A DNA stretch of 64,000 nt from an uncultured SAR86 cluster bacterium (GCA_943788365.1 CALSPZ010000001.1:328233-392232), one strand, 5' to 3'. Counted from the stretch's first letter, positions 21,308 through 31,953 are shown. Numbers and translations are program-made. The notes: generated by a model not told the origin, from the letters alone.

Positions 21308-24166
21308 ATGAATAGAAAAATATTTAAAGGACTTTTACCACTAATTTTAATAACAAATATATATGCTTCAGCATTGTCTGAGCCAACTACTTATTCCAAA
21401 GACTTATATAAGCAATCTATATTAGATGGAAATTATGATGTCACTATAAGCAGGCCAGACAAATTTCTAGATTTTAATTATGGCGATCGTGTTGCTTCAC
21501 CCTCTCAAATCTCAAATGCAATATTAACTTGGGCTAAAGAATCAAATAAATTAAAAGTAGTTGAATATGCTCGCTCTCATGAAAATCGTCCTTTATATGC
21601 AATTTATATTTCTTCAGAAGAAAATATCAATCGTCTTGATGAAATTAAAAAAGATGTAATTATGCTTTCAGATGCCAGAGGAATTAATGATTCTAAGGCA
21701 AATAAATTAATTAATAAATTGCCTGCAATTGCTTGGATGGCCTACTCTATCCATGGAAATGAAACATCTGGAGCTGATGCGGCACTTGGTCTTATTTACC
21801 ATCTAATTGCAAGTACTGATAAAGAAGTTGAAGATATGCTCTCTGAAATGGTTGTAATAGTTGATCCTATGATGAATCCAGACGGTAGGGATAGATTTGC
21901 TAAGTCTTTAGAACAATACAGAGGTACAGCTCCTAATTATGACGATCAATCTCTTCTACATACAGGTGATTGGCCTTATGGAAGAACTAATCATTATTAT
22001 TTTGACTTAAATAGAGATTGGATATATCTAACACAACCAGAAACACAAGGTAGAGTAGCATTGATAAATCAATGGAGACCACAAATACTAGTAGATGCTC
22101 ATGAAATGGGCCCTCAAGATACATTTATGACTGGGCCTGCTAGAGAACCAATCAATAAAAATATGAGTGAAAACATTATCAAATGGGGAAATATATTTGC
22201 TCAGGATCAAGGATCTGAATTTGATAAAAGAGATTGGCGTTTTTATACAGGTGAATGGCATGAAGATTTATATCCAGGCTACTCGTTTTATGTAAATTTT
22301 AGAGGAACATTAGGAATATTATATGAACAGTCACGCATGGCTGAAGATGGCGTAAAAAGACCCGAAGGAACCATTCAGTCATACAAAGAGTCAGTTCACC
22401 ATCAGTTTGTAAGCTCATTAACTAATCTTAAAACCTTACAAAATAATAGCAATGAGATGTATCAAGATTATTGGGATGGAAGAAAGTTAAATATATCCAG
22501 TGAAAGTAAGTGGGCAAATCAATCATTTGTTATATTGCCAACAAAAAATAAGAAACGAATAAACACACTTGCAAATAAACTAAAATCACAAAATATTGAA
22601 ATTTATACGAATAATAGACCCATAAAAGTTAAAAAAATTCTTAAGCAATCAGGTGATATTAAAGATGAATTTATAATTCCTATCAACAGTATGATCATAC
22701 CAAATCGTCAACCTGAAGCACCCTTAGTTTCAGCTATTCTTGAATTTGATGCTGAGATTGATAAAGAAGTTCTTAAGAAGGAGAGACAGGCTACTTTAAA
22801 AAATGGTTCATCTATCATGTATGACACTACAGCTTTCAATTTTACAATGATGTATGGCTTGGATGCTATAACGGTTCCTGAATTTCTTAATGAAGACCTT
22901 GAGGAGTGGCTACCCTCACCCATTACAATTGATGTAAATGATGAAGCGGTTATGTGGGCAGTTGAAGGTGATGATGACTCATCTGTATCATTTGCTGCAA
23001 GACTGATGGAACAAGATATTATTGTAAGAATAGTTGATAAAGACTTTTTACTATCAAATAAATCATTATCAAGAGGTAGTGTAATTGTGTTAGCAATGGA
23101 TAATCCTAATGTTAAGAATTTAACATCTCTTGTTTCAAGCACTGCTACAAGTCTAAATATTTCAGTTTTTTCTCTTAATTCTGGCTTTGGAGAAAAAGAA
23201 TTACCGGATTGGGGCGGCAGGCATTTTAGGCTGTTAAATAAACCAAAAATAGCGGTTCTTGGTCATAATGGGTTTAGTTCTTATGATGTAGGCGTAAGCT
23301 GGTGGTCACTTGATCATCACCTTGGTATTAGGCATAGTCTATTGAATACATCAACAATTGGCTATGCTGATTTGCGAAGGTATAACACAATAATAATGCC
23401 AAGCGGTTACAGGAGCCTATCACAAGGTGAGACTTCTGCCCTTAAAGACTGGATTGAACAAGGTGGGACATTAATAGCGCATAATGGAAGCACAAGAAGA
23501 CTTCTTTCACAGGATTCATTCACTAGTGTAAAAGAAATTACAAAATCTTTTGATTTAAGTCATCAATATAATGTAGACCTTCAAAGAGAGTTTTTAGCTT
23601 TAGATACAATAGTGGATAAAACTAAAGTTAATAATAATAAAGTTGATTTCGAACTGAATTACCCATGGGAAAAATCTGATACTAAGATTGACATTGATAC
23701 ATTAAAAAAACGGGATAAATGGCAATCATTATTTATGCCTTCTGGAGCCTTTGTTTCGGGAAGGATAGATAATAGTCATTGGTTAACTTTTGGAACAATA
23801 GACACAATACCCCTTCTCTACTCAAATTATCCAGTTTTAATGTCTGACTCACGCTCAAATGCAGTTATTAGAATTGGAGAGCTATCAGAGAATGATAACG
23901 TTGATAGCTATAGGACTTTGAACTGGTCAGATATTCCATCAGGAAACGATCTCAATGTAAGGATGAGTGGTCTAGTTTGGCCTGAAGCATCAAAGAGAAT
24001 AGCAAACTCAGCATATTTAACTCAGGAACGTTATGGTAAGGGACAGATCATCCTGTTCTCTGGAGAGCCTAACTTTAGGGGATCTAGCCTTGGCACGAAT
24101 CGACTTTGGCTTAATGCAGTTGTTTATGGATCTGGTTTGGGTACAACTCTAAACTTATCGCTATAA
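21308..24166 (+). CDS. M14-family zinc carboxypeptidase, large secreted form
   Basis: Signal peptide, Zn motif SIHGNETSG, and the downstream DPMMNPDGR and VDAHEMG motifs. 952 aa. Confidence 0.75.
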   Translation: MNRKIFKGLLPLILITNIYASALSEPTTYSKDLYKQSILDGNYDVTISRPDKFLDFNYGDRVASPSQISNAILTWAKESNKLKVVEYARSHENRPLYAIYISSEENINRLDEIKKDVIMLSDARGINDSKANKLINKLPAIAWMAYSIHGNETSGADAALGLIYHLIASTDKEVEDMLSEMVVIVDPMMNPDGRDRFAKSLEQYRGTAPNYDDQSLLHTGDWPYGRTNHYYFDLNRDWIYLTQPETQGRVALINQWRPQILVDAHEMGPQDTFMTGPAREPINKNMSENIIKWGNIFAQDQGSEFDKRDWRFYTGEWHEDLYPGYSFYVNFRGTLGILYEQSRMAEDGVKRPEGTIQSYKESVHHQFVSSLTNLKTLQNNSNEMYQDYWDGRKLNISSESKWANQSFVILPTKNKKRINTLANKLKSQNIEIYTNNRPIKVKKILKQSGDIKDEFIIPINSMIIPNRQPEAPLVSAILEFDAEIDKEVLKKERQATLKNGSSIMYDTTAFNFTMMYGLDAITVPEFLNEDLEEWLPSPITIDVNDEAVMWAVEGDDDSSVSFAARLMEQDIIVRIVDKDFLLSNKSLSRGSVIVLAMDNPNVKNLTSLVSSTATSLNISVFSLNSGFGEKELPDWGGRHFRLLNKPKIAVLGHNGFSSYDVGVSWWSLDHHLGIRHSLLNTSTIGYADLRRYNTIIMPSGYRSLSQGETSALKDWIEQGGTLIAHNGSTRRLLSQDSFTSVKEITKSFDLSHQYNVDLQREFLALDTIVDKTKVNNNKVDFELNYPWEKSDTKIDIDTLKKRDKWQSLFMPSGAFVSGRIDNSHWLTFGTIDTIPLLYSNYPVLMSDSRSNAVIRIGELSENDNVDSYRTLNWSDIPSGNDLNVRMSGLVWPEASKRIANSAYLTQERYGKGQIILFSGEPNFRGSSLGTNRLWLNAVVYGSGLGTTLNLSL

Positions 24167-24182
24167 AATTCTATTTATAATT

Positions 24183-24208
24183 AAGGGGGATTTGATGCCC
24201 CCTTTTTT
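24183..24208 (+). terminator. rho-independent terminator after the M14 peptidase gene
   Basis: GGGGG (24185-24189) pairs with CCCCC (24198-24202) and is followed by TTTTTT (24203-24208). Confidence 0.7.
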
Positions 24209-24263
24209 CATTTTTTATAAATTAAAAATTATTTTAAATTTCTGTTAATTTGTTTATTATGTT

Positions 24264-25757
24264 GTGATGAGTAAAGCAAAAATGGCATCTTCATTTTTAA
24301 AGATAAAATTTCATAACATCGGTTCTGTTTTAATTAAAACTGCTGGAACTTATGCGGTATCAGGATTTGCTTTAATCCAACTATCTAGCATTGTGGTTGA
24401 TAATATCTCTACTGAACAAGTCCTTGGGATTACTTCAGAATCATTTATGCAATTATTGTTTATAGTTATAATTTCAGGTTTTCCATTATCTTTAATATTA
24501 GCTTTTATCTTTAAAAGAAATAGTATTAGCAAAGAAACTCTTAAAGATTATGAATCTCTTAAAAAAATAATTACTAACAAAAAACCCAAGATTGGTCTTA
24601 TCCCCTTTGAAAACTTAAATGATGATTCAGATGGTGCTTTTCTTGTTGATGGTATTGTTGAGGATCTAATAACTGAACTTTCCATGGTGAAAGAAATTTC
24701 TGTAGCAACAAGAAAGACATGCTTTGGATTTAAAGATAAAGACTATACAAGTCAGGCATTTAAAGAAAAATGGGGTTTTGACTACGTTGTCTCAGGTAGC
24801 ATTAGGTCATCGAATGATAAATTACGTATATCAGTTGAATTAAGTGATATGGATAATGATGAAGTTATTTGGAGTAATAAATACGATAAATTTAAAACAG
24901 ATATTTTCTCCTTACAAGATGAAATTGTAACGCAAATAATATTTTCTATAATCGGTGAAATTGAAATAACTAGCTTAAAGAGAGCGCACAGAAAACCAAC
25001 AGAAAGCATGACATCCTATGAATATACTCTTCAAGGTAGAGCGCTTAATCAAAAATTTGAGAAAGAAGCTAATGCTGAAGCAATAAAGATGCTAGATGCT
25101 GCTATTGAAGCGGATGAATTAAACCCTCTTCCTCACTCTTGGAAAGCATGTACATTAGGTCAATCAATGTTTTTAGGCTTCAAGGAAAGGGATGAAGTAA
25201 TGCCAGCAATGCTAGAATCACTAAGTAAGGCAAATGAATTAAATGATAATGACTGGAATACCAATAGAATATTAGCTGAAGCCAACCTTACAATGAATAA
25301 TTTTGAACAAACGAAGCTCTATGCAACAAAGGCTTACAGGGCCAATCCAAACAACCCCCATGTTTTATCAATATATGGAGAATCATTGTTAAGAAATGGA
25401 GATGTGGAAACTGCAATAAAAATATTTGAAAAAATGCATGAACTTGAACCTATAGTCGCGGCTGATTTAAACTCAGATAGGCCAATCCAAGCTAAACTAT
25501 TCGCGTATTATTCAGATGGTAATCTAGCTAAATGTAAAGAATTGCTCTCTTTGTTAGAAGATTTTAGTTCAAAAACATGGATTTCAATATTAGATTTACA
25601 TGTTAAAAATAATGAAAGTTATAAAGAAGAGTCATGGTATGTCAAAGGTTTGAATAAGTTTAAAGGTATAAACTGGGATGATGAAATAAAAACTTATCAT
25701 TTAAGCGACAAGAACATGATAGAAAGTTTAACCAAAACAACCGCCCTATTCGCTTAA
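24264..25757 (+). CDS. membrane-anchored TolB-N-like/TPR repeat protein
   Basis: GTG 24264 (ATG at 24267). N-terminal TM helices, a TolB-amino-terminal-like segment (IGLIPFENL...DGIVEDLITELS...YVVSGSIR) and C-terminal TPR-like repeats. No catalytic domain recognised. Confidence 0.5.
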   Translation: MMSKAKMASSFLKIKFHNIGSVLIKTAGTYAVSGFALIQLSSIVVDNISTEQVLGITSESFMQLLFIVIISGFPLSLILAFIFKRNSISKETLKDYESLKKIITNKKPKIGLIPFENLNDDSDGAFLVDGIVEDLITELSMVKEISVATRKTCFGFKDKDYTSQAFKEKWGFDYVVSGSIRSSNDKLRISVELSDMDNDEVIWSNKYDKFKTDIFSLQDEIVTQIIFSIIGEIEITSLKRAHRKPTESMTSYEYTLQGRALNQKFEKEANAEAIKMLDAAIEADELNPLPHSWKACTLGQSMFLGFKERDEVMPAMLESLSKANELNDNDWNTNRILAEANLTMNNFEQTKLYATKAYRANPNNPHVLSIYGESLLRNGDVETAIKIFEKMHELEPIVAADLNSDRPIQAKLFAYYSDGNLAKCKELLSLLEDFSSKTWISILDLHVKNNESYKEESWYVKGLNKFKGINWDDEIKTYHLSDKNMIESLTKTTALFA

Positions 25758-25780
25758 TATATTAAAAGCACACAACCTCA

Positions 25781-27871
25781 ATGAAGAAAACCTTTTTATT
25801 ACTAATATTAATTAATACATCTTGCACAACTATGACAGACAATAAACCTGAAGCAAAAAAAATACCAATTACACTGACAGCTCACAATGACTCAAGAGTT
25901 GATAATTATTACTGGCTAAGAGATGACAGCAGATCAGATGTTGAAATGCTTAACTATCTAAAAGAAGAAAATCTTTATAAAGATAAATGGTTTAAAGAAA
26001 ATAAACCGTATACCGCTATGTTAATAGAAGAATATGTAAACCAACTCCCAAAAGAGGAAGTGTCATATCCAAAAGCAAATGGTAATTTTAATTACTTCAC
26101 TAAAATTACTAATAATGAACAGCTAAAACGCATATACAGATCATCAAATAAAAATGAAGAGCTTTTATATGACCCGAATATAAAACTGAACAATCAAGAA
26201 TACTATGATATCTATGGAGTTTTTCCATCTAATGATAATAAATTACTTGCATTAAGTGAGGACAATAATGGCAGAAGAGTTTATTCGATTAAATTCTTAA
26301 ATCCTGTAACTAAAACTTTTAATGAACAGGTTATTGAAGGCTCTAGTGGTAAGGTTGTTTGGTCAAAAGATAATAAGTATATATATTACATAAAAAAAGA
26401 TACGACTACATTAATTGCAAATTCTGTTTACAGGCATAAGGTTGGGTCTAAAGTAGGTAATGACACTTTGCTTTACAAAGAAACTGATGAATCGTTTGAG
26501 CTTACTTTATCAAGATCAAGTGATAAAAATCTTCTTTATATAAATATAAATGCCACAGATAACAATGAAATAAGAATTTTAAATTTAGACACTCCACTTA
26601 AATTACCAGAAATTTTTATAGCTAGAGAGGAAGATCATTTATATTACCTTGAACATACTGGTGATAATAGTTTTCTTGTTTTAAGTAATAAAAATGCACC
26701 TAACTTTAAAATATTAAAATCAATATCTATTAATAATAGGGATATAGATTCAATGGAAACTGTTGTCAGTCACTCCAATGATATATTTATTAATAATATT
26801 CTTTTAATAAACAATACCTTAATTCAAGAAGTAAGAGCGAATGGCCTCCCTGAAATTTATTTATTTAATCTAACTTCAAAGAAAACAATTCAGTTACCTT
26901 TTGAAGACAACGCATATGATGTTTGGATTGATCAAAACCATTCTGATACTAAAAACCTTTTCTATAATTACACCAGCCTTCTAAGACCGCAGGTTATATA
27001 TAAGCTTGATATAGATAATTTGCAGTCAGATATAGTTTGGGAGAAAGAAGTTGTTGGATTCTCAAGGGATGCTTATCAGGACGATAGGTTCTTCATAACA
27101 GCTAGAGATGGCGAGCAAATTCCAGTTATAACAGTATCAAAAAAAGGTATAGATTATAAAAAATCACCTATTTTATTTTACGGATATGGATCATATGGAA
27201 TAAATATTGATGCGACATTCAGACAATCAATAATACCCTTGCTCGATAAAGGTTTTATTTTTTCAATTTTAAATATCAGAGGTGGCGGTGAAATGGGTAA
27301 AAGTTGGTATGAAGACGGTAGGATGATGAATAAAATGAATACCTTTTATGATTTTAATGACTCTGTTAAGGCTGTATTGAATAAAGGTATTGGTGATCCT
27401 GAAAATGTATTTGCAAGAGGTGGAAGTGCTGGGGGCTTATTAATGGGAGCTATTATAAATCTTGAGCCTGAGCTTTATAAAGGGATTTTATCAGGTGTAC
27501 CATTTGTAGATGTTTTAACAACAATGTCTGATGCAACTATTCCCTTAACTACATTTGAATACGGTGAATGGGGTAACCCTGCAGTTAAGGAGCAATATGA
27601 ATACATGAAGCAGTATTCTCCATATGACAATATTGATTATAAAAACTACCCTGCTATCTTTATCACATCAAGTTTATATGACTCACAAGTTCAATATTTT
27701 GAACCTGCTAAATATATTGCAAAAATAAGAGAATACAATCAATCAAATAATCCTATCTTGATGGATATGAACCTTATAGGTGGACATGGTGGTATGAGTG
27801 GCCAAATCAATCAATTTAATGAGATTGCTGAAGAATTTAATTTTATTTTAAATTTAGCAGAAAAAAATTAA
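25781..27871 (+). CDS. ptrB: oligopeptidase B / S9A prolyl-oligopeptidase family serine protease
   Basis: Lipoprotein-like signal (LINTSC), DNYYWLRDD near the N-terminus, nucleophile motif GGSAGG and a C-terminal GGHGG. Confidence 0.85.
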   Translation: MKKTFLLLILINTSCTTMTDNKPEAKKIPITLTAHNDSRVDNYYWLRDDSRSDVEMLNYLKEENLYKDKWFKENKPYTAMLIEEYVNQLPKEEVSYPKANGNFNYFTKITNNEQLKRIYRSSNKNEELLYDPNIKLNNQEYYDIYGVFPSNDNKLLALSEDNNGRRVYSIKFLNPVTKTFNEQVIEGSSGKVVWSKDNKYIYYIKKDTTTLIANSVYRHKVGSKVGNDTLLYKETDESFELTLSRSSDKNLLYININATDNNEIRILNLDTPLKLPEIFIAREEDHLYYLEHTGDNSFLVLSNKNAPNFKILKSISINNRDIDSMETVVSHSNDIFINNILLINNTLIQEVRANGLPEIYLFNLTSKKTIQLPFEDNAYDVWIDQNHSDTKNLFYNYTSLLRPQVIYKLDIDNLQSDIVWEKEVVGFSRDAYQDDRFFITARDGEQIPVITVSKKGIDYKKSPILFYGYGSYGINIDATFRQSIIPLLDKGFIFSILNIRGGGEMGKSWYEDGRMMNKMNTFYDFNDSVKAVLNKGIGDPENVFARGGSAGGLLMGAIINLEPELYKGILSGVPFVDVLTTMSDATIPLTTFEYGEWGNPAVKEQYEYMKQYSPYDNIDYKNYPAIFITSSLYDSQVQYFEPAKYIAKIREYNQSNNPILMDMNLIGGHGGMSGQINQFNEIAEEFNFILNLAEKN

Positions 27872-28776
27872 CTGTAAATAACGATAAGATATGCAGTTGG
27901 TAACGCGATTAACCATAATGTTAAGCCAAAAATAAAAGGTTTAAATGATAAAGATTTAAAATCAATCGAAGAGGTTTGCGTACCAATACAAAATAAACCA
28001 GTAATTAAAAAAATTTTACTAATATCTCTTAGCAATAACTCTAATTGAATTGACATTTGGCTATAAGAGTTAATTAGAACAGCTAAAACAAAAAAGAATA
28101 CAAACTTAGGATATTTAGATTTAGATTCATTATTCTTATAAATAAAATTTATTAAAATTATTAAAGGTATAAGCCATAGCGTTCTTGCCATCTTTAGAGT
28201 TGCTGCAACTTCAACAGATTCTGGACTATATTCTAATGCTGTTCCAATTACAGATGATGTGTCATGAACTGCTAATGCAACAAATGAACCAAATTCAACA
28301 TTGGAAAGAGATAAGGTGGAACCTATATAAGGAAAGGATATAAGAGCAATAATATTGAAGAGGAATATTATTGTTAAGGCAACTATCAATTCATGCGGTT
28401 TTGCTTTAATTATTGGTGCGACTGCTGCAATGGCAGTAGCTCCACATATAGCAGCTCCAGATGATATTAAAATAGAGAGAGTTTTATTTAGATTAAATAT
28501 TCTTGATATTAAAAGCCCTCCAAAGAATGATAAAAAAACAAATAAAGTTATCCAACTTAAGTAATTCTCACTTATTTCATATACAGAACTTAATCCAATT
28601 GTTAATCCTAATATAACAATGCCAATTTGTAAGGGTATAGTTGATACCTTTCTTGTAATAAAATTTAATTCAGGCTTATAAAAAAAAGAAAATGCTACCC
28701 CTAAGCAGACTGAAAAGGCTGCATTACCAATAACTAAAGCTGAAGCAAGAAATGAAATTGAAATTAAATAGATCAA
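27868..28776 (-). CDS. YeiH/UPF0324-family membrane protein
   Basis: Polytopic protein. SSGAAICGATAIAAVAPIIKA and AVHDTSSVIG parallel E. coli YeiH GAGSSICGAAAV / TVHEVAQV. Confidence 0.7.
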   Translation of the reverse strand: MIYLISISFLASALVIGNAAFSVCLGVAFSFFYKPELNFITRKVSTIPLQIGIVILGLTIGLSSVYEISENYLSWITLFVFLSFFGGLLISRIFNLNKTLSILISSGAAICGATAIAAVAPIIKAKPHELIVALTIIFLFNIIALISFPYIGSTLSLSNVEFGSFVALAVHDTSSVIGTALEYSPESVEVAATLKMARTLWLIPLIILINFIYKNNESKSKYPKFVFFFVLAVLINSYSQMSIQLELLLRDISKIFLITGLFCIGTQTSSIDFKSLSFKPFIFGLTLWLIALPTAYLIVIYS

Positions 28777-28805
28777 GAAAAAGATTTAATATTTAAATAG
28801 ATCAT

Positions 28806-29726
28806 TCAGCTTATAGGTTTTAAATTTGAGCAAACATGATTATATTCATTTATCGTATCTTCAATAATTTTTTTAACAGGTTTAATTTCTGTAATTAGGC
28901 CTACCGATTGACCTGATAATGCTGGAGCTGCATTCATATCGCCATCAAAATATAGATTTTTAATATTCATTAATGCAGACATGTCCATTATCCCATCTTC
29001 ATTTATTTTATTAGTTAAATCTGTTTTAAGCGCTCTGATAACTGGTTTAGATTGTTTATTAAGAACCCACGTCCCATCAATAGGCGAGTCAAGAATGGAG
29101 TTTTTAAAATTATTATGAACAGGTGATTCAAGACTAGATACAAACCTTGTTCCCATTTGTATTCCATCTGCGCCAGCTGCTATGGCCGAAGCCATACCAA
29201 TACCGTCTACAATTCCACCAGCTGCTATTAACGGTATGTCTATTTGTTTTTTAATGGCTTGTATTAAAACTGTTAAGCCAACTTCTACAGGGCTTTTAAA
29301 ACCTCCTCCCTCAGTTCCTTCTACAACCAATCCGTCAACTCCTGCATTGTACGCTTTCAATGCACCATCAAGACTTGGTACAGCATGATATACAACAATA
29401 CCTGCATCTTTTAATATTTTTACATATTTAGTTGGATCCCCTGCCGATGTTGTTACAAACTTCACTCCATGTTCTACACAAAAATTTACCATTGAATCAT
29501 CTCTAAGAAATAGAAGAGGAAGATTCACACCAAAAGGTTTGTCTGTAAGAGAAGACATTTTGGCAATCTCAGCTTTGCATATATCAACTTCACCAGAAGA
29601 TGTTTCAATAATTCCAAGACCTCCTGCATTAGACACAGCAGAGGCTAATTTGCTTCTTGCAATCCATCCCATTGGAGCCTGAATAATTGGATATTTAACA
29701 CCAGAATGTTTAAGAAATTTATTCAT
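28806..29726 (-). CDS. nitronate monooxygenase / NPD-family FMN oxidoreductase
   Basis: YPIIQAPMGWI, GGLGIIE, EGTEGGGF and AAGGIVDG motifs of a TIM-barrel FMN enzyme. Confidence 0.8.
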   Translation of the reverse strand: MNKFLKHSGVKYPIIQAPMGWIARSKLASAVSNAGGLGIIETSSGEVDICKAEIAKMSSLTDKPFGVNLPLLFLRDDSMVNFCVEHGVKFVTTSAGDPTKYVKILKDAGIVVYHAVPSLDGALKAYNAGVDGLVVEGTEGGGFKSPVEVGLTVLIQAIKKQIDIPLIAAGGIVDGIGMASAIAAGADGIQMGTRFVSSLESPVHNNFKNSILDSPIDGTWVLNKQSKPVIRALKTDLTNKINEDGIMDMSALMNIKNLYFDGDMNAAPALSGQSVGLITEIKPVKKIIEDTINEYNHVCSNLKPIS

Positions 29727-29809
29727 TTTATATATTTAGTTGAAAAACTTATTTTAACCAAGCTATTTGTTGGAGTAAAACTATAAATTTGCACAGTTAA
29801 TGAGCTTAA

Positions 29810-30331
29810 TTACCTTATGCTTTTTGAGAAACCGGTATAGTCTGTTTCAGATCTTTTATAGTCAAGTTCACTACCTTCACCATAAATCTCCCTTTCAAAC
29901 CATTCTATAAACTCTTGATCTCTTGTTATTTTCCAAAAATCCCAAACAGTTCTAGCTAAAGGAGTTTTAAAAGTTCCTAGCTTCAATGCATTCATTCGAG
30001 TTTCTAAATGTTTATTATTAACAAAGTTATCCTGAACCTTCTCATAAACATCAAATATATCAACTAAAGTTGTAATTAAAAACATGGAAACTCTAACTCT
30101 TTCCTCATCACTCAAGTCCCCAGACCAATCTTTAGACAAGAATGCACTAAATTCTCCATCTTTAGAGGATGCAAAATACCTATCATACTGCCTTTGAGTT
30201 AAAGAATGCCCAAATTGAGCTTTTGTAATTTGATTTTGTTGATGAATTTGAATTGCGAGGTAAACAACTGATACGACAACTCCCATAGCTGCAATGATTT
30301 GAACAATTAATACAATAGAGTCGTTAGTCAT
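29810..30331 (-). CDS. hypothetical N-terminally membrane-anchored protein
   Basis: ORF with one N-terminal TM helix (IVLIVQIIAAMGVVVSVVYLAI). It starts 6 nt after the upstream gene. No family recognised. Confidence 0.45.
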   Translation of the reverse strand: MTNDSIVLIVQIIAAMGVVVSVVYLAIQIHQQNQITKAQFGHSLTQRQYDRYFASSKDGEFSAFLSKDWSGDLSDEERVRVSMFLITTLVDIFDVYEKVQDNFVNNKHLETRMNALKLGTFKTPLARTVWDFWKITRDQEFIEWFEREIYGEGSELDYKRSETDYTGFSKSIR

Positions 30332-30337
30332 AGAATG

Positions 30338-31063
30338 TTACTCAATAATATATTTAATCATATCATTATAATAAGGCCTTAATTGATCTGATAAAGCCTT
30401 TGCTTTATTTGAAAGAGGCTTTTTTTTACTAAACCCCACTGATACAAAGCCAGTAGATGTCATTACAGATGGGTACCAATGTTTTGCCCATATACCATCA
30501 TAATCTTTGATACCGGAACTCCACTTAAGCATTTTTGAATCCCAAGGTATATCAATTTTTAAACAAAGCTTCTTAAGAACACTCTCCGGATCTTTTAATA
30601 CTGAAGATGAGTCTATAACAGGACATGCTATTCCAGTTTTATCAGAAATAATATTAAAGATTTTATGTTGTTGAATAAAACCAAAGTCCTCAAGCTTTCC
30701 GTCGGGCCATTTAGCAAGAAAACTAGATACAACCAAATCAGGATCTCGTAATAAAAAACAATTTATAGAATCAGTAACCCAATCCAAAGAATCATAATTG
30801 AATATATGTTGTGACATGTGTTTATGATAGCTATAACCACTCATTTCTTCAGTCGAACAGATTTTCTCTACTGACTTATAGGATGTATTCATCGATGAAA
30901 TAACCTCATCAATCATTGGGTGCTTCTTATTAGTTTTTTTTAGATAAGCACCATAAAAAGGTTCATCCATAACAGATGAAACATCAGATCTATTTCCAAA
31001 ACTTCTCATTATTGCTGTTGATAGATTTCTAGGTCCTGACCACATAGCTATTATATTTTTCAT
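30338..31063 (-). CDS. sulfotransferase-like P-loop protein (BCAT-like-protein N-terminal domain family)
   Basis: N-terminal MWSGPRNLSTAIMRSF...MDEPFYGAYL and C-terminal MLKWSSG...DGIWAKHWY. From memory, these resemble the N-terminal domain of plant branched-chain-aminotransferase-like proteins. Confidence 0.5.
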   Translation of the reverse strand: MKNIIAMWSGPRNLSTAIMRSFGNRSDVSSVMDEPFYGAYLKKTNKKHPMIDEVISSMNTSYKSVEKICSTEEMSGYSYHKHMSQHIFNYDSLDWVTDSINCFLLRDPDLVVSSFLAKWPDGKLEDFGFIQQHKIFNIISDKTGIACPVIDSSSVLKDPESVLKKLCLKIDIPWDSKMLKWSSGIKDYDGIWAKHWYPSVMTSTGFVSVGFSKKKPLSNKAKALSDQLRPYYNDMIKYIIE

Positions 31064-31068
31064 AGTAA

Positions 31069-31953
31069 CTAAAGTTCGAGATAGAGTTTTTTTAAACGGC
31101 TATTTATTGGGCCTGGTTCAATTGACTCACCTATAGACCTTCCATCAATATCAATAACGTGTCTTAAAGAACCAAGTGTGCCAGTTATAAAGGCCTCATC
31201 TGCTGAGTAGACATCAACAAGAGAAAAATTCTTTTCATGAATAGGAATATTATTTTCTTTACATACATGAATAACTTTTTTTCTAGTTATACCGTTCATA
31301 CAGTAATCACCAGAACTAGTATAAACCTCACCATTTTTTACAATAAAAAAATTACATGAATTGGTAGTGTTTACAAAACCATGAGGGTCAAGCATCAATG
31401 CTTCGTCGGCTCCAATTTTTTTTGCTTGAATACAGGCAAGTATACAATTCAGTTTAGAGTGACTATTTAACTTAGGATCTTGACTCATTGGCAATCCTCT
31501 AACCTGTGGGACTGTAGCTAATTTAATTCCATCGCTAGATTTTGCATCATCAGAATGTTCTAAGATAATAACTAAGCTTGGACCTTTTATCGATAAATCA
31601 GGTTGTTGAAAAGGTTTTATCTTTTCACCTCTTGTAACCATAAGCCTTGCGTGCGCATTATCAGTCATTTCATTTGCTAGTCTTGTTTCTTCTAAGGCTC
31701 CTATAACCTCACTTTTGGTCATTGATAAGTTGATGTCTATTGCCTTAAGGCCTTCAAATAAGCGATCGATATGTTCATCTAAAAAAATCCAATTACCATT
31801 AACCAGCCTAAGCCCTTCCCATATTCCATCACCCATTAAGAAGCCACTGTCATAAACAGATATTTTTGCATCTTGTCTTTTAAGCATAGAGCCATTCACA
31901 TATATCAAAATATCTTTATTTTTGTTCATGTGTAAATTATTTTTATTGGTCAT
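31069..31953 (-). CDS. class IV (fold-type IV) PLP aminotransferase, BCAT/D-amino-acid aminotransferase-like
   Basis: Motifs VYDSGFLMGDGIWEGLR, RLMVTRG, NSHSKLN and CMNGITR. Confidence 0.8.
   Translation of the reverse strand: MTNKNNLHMNKNKDILIYVNGSMLKRQDAKISVYDSGFLMGDGIWEGLRLVNGNWIFLDEHIDRLFEGLKAIDINLSMTKSEVIGALEETRLANEMTDNAHARLMVTRGEKIKPFQQPDLSIKGPSLVIILEHSDDAKSSDGIKLATVPQVRGLPMSQDPKLNSHSKLNCILACIQAKKIGADEALMLDPHGFVNTTNSCNFFIVKNGEVYTSSGDYCMNGITRKKVIHVCKENNIPIHEKNFSLVDVYSADEAFITGTLGSLRHVIDIDGRSIGESIEPGPINSRLKKLYLEL

Noticed and set aside
22708-23142. 144-aa ORF antisense to the M14 peptidase gene. Similar antisense ORFs occur at 183-488, 2013-2198, 17921-18253, 36019-36687, 38190-38528, 48368-48607, 53778-54014 and 55138-55473.
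   Set aside because: Each lies wholly inside a well-supported gene on the other strand. Their translations are low-complexity (Ser/Leu/Ile-rich) with no recognisable motifs. This is typical of frame-complement artefacts.
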